Below, piece after piece: positions 1 to 7,145 of a stretch of DNA of 64,000 nt. Source of the stretch: an uncultured Clostridia bacterium (lineage in GTDB: Bacteria > Bacillota > Clostridia > Christensenellales > Aristaeellaceae); assembly GCA_944364075.1 (NCBI GenBank), contig CALVVZ010000001.1, positions 48 through 64,047 on the forward strand. The letters are read 5' to 3'. The notes under the pieces are model-generated. The model had not been told where the DNA came from, did no database searches, and worked only from the letters and a program-made list of their open reading frames with translations. The position numbers and the translations under genes were made by a program. Within the stretch, counting starts at the first letter, position 1. Each line of letters starts with the position of its first letter.

Positions 1-223
1 GCATTTTGAGAATTTCGCTTCCTTTATATGTCCCTGATTTTTGACATGGTTTTGGAGGCTCTGTTTTACCACGCCTTATTATGACAACTAAGCGCCCGCC
101 CGGAGAGGAAATAGCTCCATTTTCGTGCTTATTGATGCGCTATACCACGCGATAGAATCAAAAACAGCTCGTTTTGATACGATAATCCCGGTTTTGCTAC
201 GTTTTCAGACCATTTCTGAGCAT

Positions 224-255
224 AAAAAAAGAGCGCCGGAGCGTAATGCTCCGGC
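224..255 (-). terminator. Rho-independent terminator after the Dam gene
   Basis: Stem gccggagc (235..242) pairs with gctccggc (248..255), loop gtaat. A run of 7 A on the plus strand (224..230) gives a U-tract on the minus transcript. Confidence 0.7.
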
Positions 256-260
256 AATCC

Positions 261-701
261 TCATGTATGATCCCTTCTGAATATAACCAGCGCCGAAGGG
301 AAAGGCGCTGCATTCCTGGCATTCCCAAATTTCAGCCTGCCGCGTATAAACTGCACTTCACCCTTCATGCAGTAATCATGCCACCACGCAGTATCGGTGC
401 GTGCTGGCAGCAGGCAGACAAAGAGACCCGCCGCCCCCCCCCCCCCCCCCCGCACACTCTCATAGGCTTTCTGTACCCATTTCCCGATTGTGCGGCCATA
501 GGGTGGATTCATCCAGCATCGGCCTGTCCACGGCTGCACAAGCCCATCCTGCTCCTCGGTATAGTATCGTGCGCACTTCGCATTACCAGGCGTTGCACAT
601 ACGTCAAGATCAAAGTGATATACCGCATCCTGTCTGTCGAAAAACTCCTTCGGTGTTTCCCACTCACAGGACGCAGAAGAAAACATAGCATCCCGATTCA
701 T
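261..701 (-). CDS. Phage DNA N6-adenine methyltransferase (small Dam/T1-type family)
   Basis: NPPYG catalytic motif (WMNPPYGR), plus FDLDVCA and LLPARTDTAWW blocks. The ATG at 701 overlaps the upstream stop as ATGA; the longest ORF reaches 734. Confidence 0.8.
   Translation of the reverse strand: MNRDAMFSSASCEWETPKEFFDRQDAVYHFDLDVCATPGNAKCARYYTEEQDGLVQPWTGRCWMNPPYGRTIGKWVQKAYESVRGGGGGAAGLFVCLLPARTDTAWWHDYCMKGEVQFIRGRLKFGNARNAAPFPSALVIFRRDHT
434..451. repeat. 18-nt homopolymer (C18 on plus strand, G18 in the Dam coding strand)
   Basis: Counted directly: c434 through c451. In the Dam frame it encodes R-GGGGG-A and is currently in frame. Confidence 0.95.
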
Positions 702-1027
702 TCTGTCATTTCCCCCTTGCCTGTTGCTCTGCAATATTCCTGATGGATCGCCTCAAACGCATTTTCCCACACCTCGCCATGATCTGCATCTGCGCCAACA
801 GCCACATGTGCCAGTTCATGTGCCAGTATCTCTACGGCATGTTTCACCGGCAAATCTGCGCTGATGAATATTTCCGGGGACATTCGCGGATTATCAGAGA
901 ACAGCGTTACGCCGTGCGCGTCCTTAAGATCATCCGTCCAGAAGCAGAAGCAATCATTGTCGGGATAGAGCTTTTTGAATGCTTCATAGACCCTTACAAA
1001 CGGGTCGTTTACGAATAATTTCTCCAT
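698..1027 (-). CDS. Small HExxH metallopeptidase-like protein
   Basis: 109-aa ORF with a HELAH motif. GGAGG Shine-Dalgarno upstream of the ATG at 1027. Translationally coupled to the Dam gene. Confidence 0.55.
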   Translation of the reverse strand: MEKLFVNDPFVRVYEAFKKLYPDNDCFCFWTDDLKDAHGVTLFSDNPRMSPEIFISADLPVKHAVEILAHELAHVAVGADADHGEVWENAFEAIHQEYCRATGKGEMTE

Positions 1028-1030
1028 AAC

Positions 1031-1624
1031 TCACCGCCTCCTCGTCAGGTTGAATTTCATAAGGCTCTCGTCGATCTCCTCCTGGATCACGCCAATATAA
1101 ATAAGCGTTTCCCGGCGGGAGGAATGGCATAGAATCCTTTGCAGGCTCACCACGTCCTGTGTCATCTTGTAATAGTGATAGCCGAAGGTCTTGCGCAGCG
1201 TATGGCAGCCGATATGATCCTTGATACCGGCCTTGCGGGCAATCTCGTTGATGATCTGATAGGCCCGCTGGCGCGTGATGGGGCGCGGCTTGTGATCCGG
1301 CCCGCGCTGCTTGCTTTGGAGGATGTATTCATCGCCGCTGCGGCCTGCCAGCAGGCGGTTTATATCCCTCCTGGCGTGCGGGTTGATAAGGATTTTCGCC
1401 TCTTTGCCGGTCTTTTGCGCCTTGATCTCGGCATAATCCTGCCCGCGCAAGTCCCGCACCCGGAAACGGCGAATATCTGATATGCGCAGGGATGTGTTGA
1501 AACCGACGACCAGCAGCAGCTCCCAGCTCACTTCGCCGGTCTTGCGCTTCCTGTCGTGTTCATGGGCTATATCGAGGCACTTATAAAGCAGCTCCATGTC
1601 CCGGATCGGCTGCACCGCTTTCAT
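1031..1624 (-). CDS. Short tyrosine recombinase (catalytic domain only, 197 aa)
   Basis: Integrase-family catalytic signature: LRISD (Arg), HTLRKTF (His-x-x-Arg), LCHSS (His) and LIYIG (Tyr). There is no N-terminal core-binding domain. Confidence 0.75.
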   Translation of the reverse strand: MKAVQPIRDMELLYKCLDIAHEHDRKRKTGEVSWELLLVVGFNTSLRISDIRRFRVRDLRGQDYAEIKAQKTGKEAKILINPHARRDINRLLAGRSGDEYILQSKQRGPDHKPRPITRQRAYQIINEIARKAGIKDHIGCHTLRKTFGYHYYKMTQDVVSLQRILCHSSRRETLIYIGVIQEEIDESLMKFNLTRRR

Positions 1625-1663
1625 TCTGTTTTCACTCCCTTGTAATATGACAAATAGAAAAGG

Positions 1664-1704
1664 TCAAATAAAATCACCCCCGGCAATTTCGCCTGCCGGG
1701 GGTG
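1664..1704 (-). terminator. Rho-independent terminator downstream of the 1832..2362 gene
   Basis: 11-bp stem cacccccggca (1675..1685) pairs with tgccgggggtg (1694..1704). On the minus strand it is followed by ATTTTATTT. Confidence 0.65.
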
Positions 1705-1831
1705 CGCGTTATGCTGTCGTTGAGGTCGGGCAAAGCCCGACTAACGCAGACCATTGCTTGCAATGGTCAAGTGTAGCCAGCGCGTGGCCTTGTGCCGCGT
1801 GATGGCCGACATGAGAAAGGCGACGCCGGTT

Positions 1832-2362
1832 TTACTCAGCGTCGCCAGCTTCGGGCGGCTGCGTCGGCTCATCATGGAACATGTAGTCGATCAGATACTC
1901 CTTGGCGGCCTGCTCGTCGGTCGGCATGTTGCCAGGAAGGGCGAATCCGTTTGCCCTCGCAAAGCCGATAATCATTTCAAGCGGCCAATGAGTGATCTCC
2001 ATATCAAATTCTTCCCCGGTCAGCTCCACGGCATCCTCAATCTCTACGGCAGGAAGGAGCTGCCCGCTCTGCCATTCCTTGAGCTTGTTCCACAGATCGT
2101 ACAGGAAGTTCGTGCCGCGCCCGATGGCAATGCCGGTCAGTGCGTAGAAGATGTACTCTACCCACATGGGATAGTCAGCCTCCACCACATAGGCCAGCAT
2201 ATTGATCTTGCACGTCACGGCCAGCAGAACGCCCATACCCATGGAAACGTACTCGCTCACCGTAAGCTGAGTTTCGCCCTTCGTCCAGATGGGCTTGATC
2301 GCGTTGACAATCGCCTCGATGAACAGGGCAATCAGGATCACGTCGGTAATTTCAAGAAACAT
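1832..2362 (-). CDS. Membrane protein, putative holin-like, with a soluble acidic C-terminal extension
   Basis: The N-terminal ~95 aa contain three hydrophobic segments (VILIALFIEAIV, MGMGVLLAV, IFYALTGIAIG). GGAGGG Shine-Dalgarno. Located in the lysis region. Confidence 0.45.
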   Translation of the reverse strand: MFLEITDVILIALFIEAIVNAIKPIWTKGETQLTVSEYVSMGMGVLLAVTCKINMLAYVVEADYPMWVEYIFYALTGIAIGRGTNFLYDLWNKLKEWQSGQLLPAVEIEDAVELTGEEFDMEITHWPLEMIIGFARANGFALPGNMPTDEQAAKEYLIDYMFHDEPTQPPEAGDAE

Positions 2363-2485
2363 GGTATTCCCTCCTAAAAGAATGATTTATGAAAAGGGGC
2401 GGGGTTGCCCCCGTTTCCGGCCCGCCCTTTTTCGCGTCATGTGTGCGCCCGTGCGCGTGGTGAATACGGAAACCCTCCGCCGATC

Positions 2486-2509
2486 AAAAGCGAAACGGTT
2501 TTCGCTTTT
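2486..2509 (-). terminator. Hairpin/terminator at the stop codon of the 2508..2951 gene
   Basis: aaaagcgaaa (2486..2495) pairs with tttcgctttt (2500..2509), with a U-run on the minus strand. A second GC hairpin (2397..2403 with 2421..2427) follows. Confidence 0.4.
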
Positions 2510-2951
2510 ATGTCCGCTTCTGCGGCGGCCTGCTGTCCAGCTTGAGGATTTCTTCCTCGTAGTGTTCGGAAAGGTGATTTCTGCCTTTTGCCCGGTAGCT
2601 CTTGTGCATTTGGCAGAGCATTTCCTTTTTTGATCCGGGACACCATCCCTGTTGTGTGTAGAACTCCTGTGCCTGAGAAAGACGCTCATACTGCAAATCG
2701 CCGATGTCATCCGTCAGCAGCACAAGCGTGCTGTTGAGCTGGCTGAGAACTTCGCGCATTTCCTTTCGGAAAGCCGCCGCTTCCTCCTGTGCGGCCTTTT
2801 CCGTTTTGAGCCATTCTTCCTTTGCTTTGCGCTTGGCGTCGCGTTTCTGTTGAATGCGTTTCTTGATGGGGTTAAACAGGATGAGGGCCAGCAGACCGAG
2901 AATCGCCGATATAGAACCGGCAATCCCGCCCCACTCGTTGATCTGTTCCAT
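2508..2951 (-). CDS. N-terminally membrane-anchored coiled-coil protein (lysis-associated, function unknown)
   Basis: The ATG at 2951 (MEQINEWGGIAGSISAILGLLALILF) has a GGAGGG Shine-Dalgarno and avoids overlap with the endolysin. One TM segment followed by a charged helical region. Confidence 0.55.
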   Translation of the reverse strand: MEQINEWGGIAGSISAILGLLALILFNPIKKRIQQKRDAKRKAKEEWLKTEKAAQEEAAAFRKEMREVLSQLNSTLVLLTDDIGDLQYERLSQAQEFYTQQGWCPGSKKEMLCQMHKSYRAKGRNHLSEHYEEEILKLDSRPPQKRT

Positions 2952-2955
2952 CGGC

Positions 2956-4707
2956 TTAACCCTCCTCGACGGACGAATACTTGCCGCTGATCCAGCCGAT
3001 CTTGCCGCCAATCTCTACGGCGTGCCAGCCCAGAGCCTCGGCGGTAGCGATATAGGGCATGGTATCGCCCTTGTTTACGCGGGTCAGCACCTTGTATGTG
3101 GTGGCAGGGCCACTTCTCACATTCACGCTGCTGCCGGTAACATAGATGTGTTTGCTGGATGGCGTGTCGGGCGTATCGTCGCCGTCGCTGCCGTTCTCCC
3201 CCTTGGCGATGTCGTCAAGCACGCCCATCAGGGCCTTGTGGGTGATGCTGCCATACTTGCCGTCAACCTCAATTTGCGCGAAAGACTGGAATCGTTTCAC
3301 GGCCTTTTCAGTCTTTTCACCGAAGTTGCCATCCACGCCATCGCCCTTCGCGCCGTAGGTTCCAAGATCGTATCCCATTTCTTCCACGAGAATACTCTGC
3401 AAGTGGGACACGTCATCGCCCTTGCTGCCGCGCTTGAGCAGGCGGCTGCCCAGGGTGTACTTGACAGGTTCCGCCGTGCCGCCCTGTGCAGGCGTATTGG
3501 TATCAGCTTCCGTGCCATAGTCGATGAAGGGCAGCATGTACCAGTGCGTCCATTTGCCGGAAGAAAGCACGGTTTCTTTGCATCCGTAGGAAAAGCCCTT
3601 GAACTCGATGACCTTGCCATTGCCGACGTAATATCCGACATGGCCGGAGAAGGTCACGGCCAGACCGACGATCTCCGGGATGGTGCTGATCGTGCCCCAG
3701 GGCATACCCTTGTCCTTGGCGTAGGCAAACATGCTGTTTGCGCCCTTGTCCGGGCATTTGTTGGAGCCGTATTTGCTGGTGATGCTGTTGTCGTTGCCGA
3801 TGGCCTCCACAACACCCTCGCCGCCGTTCGTCCAGGCGTAGCCCTTGGCAGCGCCGATGCAGTCCGCGCACACTTCCTTGGCGGCAATGTGCTTGTTGTA
3901 GGTAGCGGTGCGGTTGTCCTTGTAGTGGCTGGGGTACTGCTTTGCCTTGCGGGTGCGCAGACTGTTGGTGCATTTGTAAATGCAAGTGCCGTACCAGTAC
4001 GGGCGACCCACCATTTCCTTCAGGAACGCTACAAAGTGTTCGTTGGAAAAGGGGATCAGCACGCGGTTGGTCGTGTTCTCTGTCATTTCCGATTCATCAT
4101 CCTTTCCATAGTTCGCCGCGATCTTCGCGCCGACATAATAAAAACCGAGTATCTCACGATACCCGATTCCGTGATTGGCAGCCCACGCCGCGCCATACTG
4201 GCTCATGCCTACGCCGTGGCCCTTGGTAATGCTTTTCCCGGCTGCTGTGCGTTCTGCGCAGGCCGCAGCGTCCCACGGGTCGTCCTGGGCGATCAGATAG
4301 GGCCGGTAGCCGCCCCAGCGCTCCTCGCTGCTGGTTGTGCGCCCGCCATTGGATGAAGAATAGCTGCAAGTCTTGAGGGGTTTCCCGTCGTAGGTAAGCA
4401 CCATACCGGCAGTAAGGGCCGCTGCCTCGTTGGCATTGGGATATTGCGAAGCATCCCAGCGCGAAGCGCGGAAAGCCTGATGGGTGCTGCTCTGGTCGGT
4501 GATGTACTTATCATCGCCGACATAGTTCATGGCGAATGTTCTGGCCGCGATAGCCTGCGCTTTGCAAGCCTCGATATGGGAGTTGCCGATCTCCGATGCA
4601 ACCACACCGGCGACATACTCCTCAATCTCGATGTTCACAATATCGCCCGCAACACAGCCGAAATAATTCAGATTCTCCGCCCGCGATAGCTTGACGCGGA
4701 TAATCAT
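2956..4707 (-). CDS. Multidomain endolysin (SpoIID/LytB-like, NlpC/P60-like, peptidoglycan-binding, SH3)
   Basis: SpoIID-like block (AQAIAARTF ... GHGVGMSQYGA). Cys/His hydrolase block (GRPYWYG ... CADCIG ... GHVGYYVG). PG_binding_1-like repeat (LKRGSKGDDVSHLQ ... FGEKTEKAVKRFQ). SH3-like C-terminus (VNVRSGP ... GWISGKY). Confidence 0.85.
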   Translation of the reverse strand: MIIRVKLSRAENLNYFGCVAGDIVNIEIEEYVAGVVASEIGNSHIEACKAQAIAARTFAMNYVGDDKYITDQSSTHQAFRASRWDASQYPNANEAAALTAGMVLTYDGKPLKTCSYSSSNGGRTTSSEERWGGYRPYLIAQDDPWDAAACAERTAAGKSITKGHGVGMSQYGAAWAANHGIGYREILGFYYVGAKIAANYGKDDESEMTENTTNRVLIPFSNEHFVAFLKEMVGRPYWYGTCIYKCTNSLRTRKAKQYPSHYKDNRTATYNKHIAAKEVCADCIGAAKGYAWTNGGEGVVEAIGNDNSITSKYGSNKCPDKGANSMFAYAKDKGMPWGTISTIPEIVGLAVTFSGHVGYYVGNGKVIEFKGFSYGCKETVLSSGKWTHWYMLPFIDYGTEADTNTPAQGGTAEPVKYTLGSRLLKRGSKGDDVSHLQSILVEEMGYDLGTYGAKGDGVDGNFGEKTEKAVKRFQSFAQIEVDGKYGSITHKALMGVLDDIAKGENGSDGDDTPDTPSSKHIYVTGSSVNVRSGPATTYKVLTRVNKGDTMPYIATAEALGWHAVEIGGKIGWISGKYSSVEEG

Positions 4708-4713
4708 TGGTTG

Positions 4714-4821
4714 TCACCGCCTTTCTCGGTCGCTGCCTGTGTGGAGTATGGCTGCCGTCATGAAGCCGATCATTGCGCAAAACGGGACGATCCAGAGCAG
4801 ATGCAGGATGTTGATTTTCAT
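4714..4821 (-). CDS. 35-aa single-TM peptide (possible holin/lysis accessory)
   Basis: Hand translation gives MKINILHLLWIVPFCAMIGFMTAAILHTGSDRERR. ATGA overlap with the upstream stop. Ends 7 nt before the endolysin start. Below the ORF-track size cutoff. Confidence 0.4.
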   Translation of the reverse strand: MKINILHLLWIVPFCAMIGFMTAAILHTGSDRERR

Positions 4822-5066
4822 AGGTCTATCACCTCGCCGCTCTCGCACCATGCCAGGAACCGGGCGCGTATGTCCTCCTCCATGCCGTCCCAGGGAACCA
4901 CGCCGCGAACAATCCGCACGCTGATGTCGTATTCCCTGAAACCATCCTCCGTGGGGTAAATGGTGACGTCCGGCATCAGGTAAACATCTACCGTGCCGTC
5001 GTCCTTCTCGTCGATGGCGTAAAAACGCCGCCCTTTTGCAGGCGGCTCTTTTGCATCCGGCAGCAT
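4818..5066 (-). CDS. Hypothetical protein (82 aa)
   Basis: The ATG at 5066 overlaps the RT stop codon as TAATG. The longest ORF reaches 5111. Confidence 0.5.
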   Translation of the reverse strand: MLPDAKEPPAKGRRFYAIDEKDDGTVDVYLMPDVTIYPTEDGFREYDISVRIVRGVVPWDGMEEDIRARFLAWCESGEVIDL

Positions 5067-6166
5067 TATGCCGCCTCCTTTCGCTGAAAAGCTATATTCC
5101 GCTCGATCCACAGCCGCACGCTATGGGCATTGCAGTTGACTGTCATGCCCATGTAGCTTTGCAAGGATTGCATTGCGCTGTCATAGCTGATGGCGTTGGC
5201 CGCGTAAAGCTCCGAAATATGCTTGAGGCAGCTCTTGATATGGCGGATGGTTTTCTTGCGCAGCCTCAGTCCATGAGGCGTTACGCGATAACCCACAAAT
5301 TCGCATCCCTGTGTAGCGGGGACAATCTGGCTCTTTGGGCTAAGATCAAGGTGCAGCTCGTCCCTGAGAAAGACATCAATCTGCGCCATGATCCGTCGTG
5401 CTTCTTCTTGTCCTTTGACCAGGATGCAGAAATCATCCATGTACCGAACATAGTAATGCAGGCCGAGTATGTGCTTGCAATACTGGTCAAGCCGGTTCAG
5501 ATAGATGTTTGCCGTTTCCTGGCTGGTCAGGTTGCCAATCGGCATACCCACATCATACAGCCGCTTCTCCTTCGGGCAGTCGTTCGCACTGGCTCCCGGC
5601 GGCAATCCAAAGGGAACGTCCGGGTTGTTGAGGATCACCGACATCAGCCGCAGAAACCACTCGTCGTCCGTGTAGTCCCGGTAGACATCCAGGGCGATTT
5701 TGTGATCCACGCGGTAGAAATACTTCGATACGTCGCACTTTATCAGCACCCAATCCCTTGTGTCGGGCTTTCGGCTGATAAGCTGCACCCAATTCAGCAG
5801 GCAGCGGGCCGCAGGGAGCGTGCCTTTGTTCTTCCTGCATCCGTAGCTGTGCTGAATAAAACGCTTGTCGGCGTATGGGTTGAGCTGACGATAGATGGCC
5901 CATTGCACCACTCGATCCCGGAACCCCAGCGCCATGATAAGGCGCGGTTTTGGGTACTTGACGTAGAACTCCCGGTACGGGCCGACGGTGTATGTGCCGT
6001 CCAACAGATCCTTTTGCAGATCAAAAAGGTTCTCCTCAAGGTTGAAGGTGAATGCCAGCACGTCCTCGCGGTAGTGCTTTTCCTTCGCGGCGTCCTCGTA
6101 TGCGGCATATAGGTTCTCAAAGGAACAGATGCGTTCTTTCAGATGTTGCAGCTTCTCCAAAGACAC
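5066..6166 (-). CDS. DGR reverse transcriptase
   Basis: YMDD box (YVRYMDDFCI) and the DGR-type motif 4 IGNLTSQ. Located directly 3' of a TR/VR pair. Start is either GTG 6166 or TTG 6160; the latter has better GGAGG spacing. Confidence 0.93.
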   Translation of the reverse strand: MSLEKLQHLKERICSFENLYAAYEDAAKEKHYREDVLAFTFNLEENLFDLQKDLLDGTYTVGPYREFYVKYPKPRLIMALGFRDRVVQWAIYRQLNPYADKRFIQHSYGCRKNKGTLPAARCLLNWVQLISRKPDTRDWVLIKCDVSKYFYRVDHKIALDVYRDYTDDEWFLRLMSVILNNPDVPFGLPPGASANDCPKEKRLYDVGMPIGNLTSQETANIYLNRLDQYCKHILGLHYYVRYMDDFCILVKGQEEARRIMAQIDVFLRDELHLDLSPKSQIVPATQGCEFVGYRVTPHGLRLRKKTIRHIKSCLKHISELYAANAISYDSAMQSLQSYMGMTVNCNAHSVRLWIERNIAFQRKEAA

Positions 6167-6493
6167 GCCTCCGTTTCAACCATGCGTGGCGTTTCCGCTC
6201 GGCGTAGGCTGTTTTTCTCTCCCGCAGGCAAGCCCGTCTAAAGGATAAGCTGCCAGCAGCCATAGCCTTACGCCCCTCCGGGCGCTTCATGGGGATTCGT
6301 AATCTGCATGTTTCCTCAATAGGTGCAGGTTACGAGTGTTGTTTCCGGGATATATTATCGCGTATCACGCATGTATGCGCGTTATAACGCGCACGCCCGC
6401 GTAGCGATTACGAAAACCCTCCCGGACGGAAATGCACCCCTCCCGTTTCTGTGCTGCCGGTCGTTCGTAACGTGCCGGTCACTCGCTGTGATC

Positions 6494-6614
6494 GGGAGCG
6501 CGGGCGACCGCCATAGTTCGCGTTGGCGTTGGAACGCGGGTTGTTGCAATTCAGATAAGCCATGCCCGCGTTGGACGTGTTGTTGTAGTTGCCGCCGCGC
6601 CGCGCCACGCGCTC
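6494..6614 (-). repeat. DGR template repeat (TR), 121 nt
   Basis: Aligns base for base with 7157..7277. All 9 mismatches fall at plus-strand T, which is sense-strand A in the TR. The surrounding ORF 6408..6662 is Asn-rich (AAY) and is not a gene. Confidence 0.92.
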
Positions 6615-6674
6615 ACAAAAGGCCGTGGCAATAATGGCCGCCAATTCTCGGCGCATTCCCAATATGTAAAAGCA

Positions 6675-7088
6675 TCAGGCTTTCACATCGTCTTTCCGTT
6701 CTGCCTGCTGCTTGAGCCATCCGCCGATGATCCTGCCGATCTCGATGTTCAGAAGCACCCATTCCTCATGCTGACCCGGAGTAATCAGGCCGCGCTTCTC
6801 GCCTCGCTTATCCGTGAAGGTCGTCTTGGCAATCCTGCGGATATGGATGCGCACCTGGGCGTTCTTGATGTCCAGCTCTTGCAGGGTAGTTTTCTTGTGG
6901 TACTTCTTCGCCGCAGCAATGCACAGTTCTTCCATGTCGGCCAGCAGCTTATAAAGCCTCTCGCCGTAGGAATTTTTGTACAGGCGCGGCCACCTGTTCA
7001 CCGCACCATCCACCCGGTTCAGCAGATCGTCGATCTTTTGCAGGGCAAATTGCCCATTTAGCAGGGCGTCATCATTAAAATTGCTCAT
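6675..7088 (-). CDS. DGR accessory variability determinant (Avd-like, 137 aa)
   Basis: Small basic helical protein located between the target gene and the TR, which is the canonical Avd position. Confidence 0.7.
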   Translation of the reverse strand: MSNFNDDALLNGQFALQKIDDLLNRVDGAVNRWPRLYKNSYGERLYKLLADMEELCIAAAKKYHKKTTLQELDIKNAQVRIHIRRIAKTTFTDKRGEKRGLITPGQHEEWVLLNIEIGRIIGGWLKQQAERKDDVKA

Positions 7089-7099
7089 AGCATCAGAAA

Positions 7100-7124
7100 G
7101 GGGGATGCGCTATCGCGCACCCCC
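7100..7124 (-). promoter_or_regulatory. GC-rich hairpin 22 nt downstream of the DGR target stop codon (DGR target-recognition hairpin and/or terminator)
   Basis: ggggg(a)tgcgc (7100..7110), loop tatc, gcgcaccccc (7115..7124). On the sense strand it lies about 33 nt 3' of the VR end. Confidence 0.6.
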
Positions 7125-7145
7125 ACAGGATTCAGACATCAGGGT

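Noticed and set aside
2854-4356. 500-aa plus-strand ORF opposite the endolysin. Comparable cases are 7479..9209 and 14133..16334, opposite the fibre genes and the TMP.
   Set aside because: These are antisense to genes with recognisable domains. They have no Shine-Dalgarno, and their composition is typical of non-coding frames in GC-rich DNA.
5066-6166. The RT could belong to a group II intron or a retron.
   Set aside because: There is no intron RNA domain or maturase/endonuclease extension, and no msr/msd-like inverted repeats. The adjacent TR/VR pair with adenine-only differences, together with the SQ motif, identifies a DGR.
6408-6662. 84-aa minus-strand ORF rich in Asn, with a segment nearly identical to the C-terminus of the 7146..8363 protein.
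   Set aside because: It is the DGR template repeat read in the target frame. It has no Shine-Dalgarno or sensible start, and its N/R-rich composition reflects the AAY-rich template rather than a gene.
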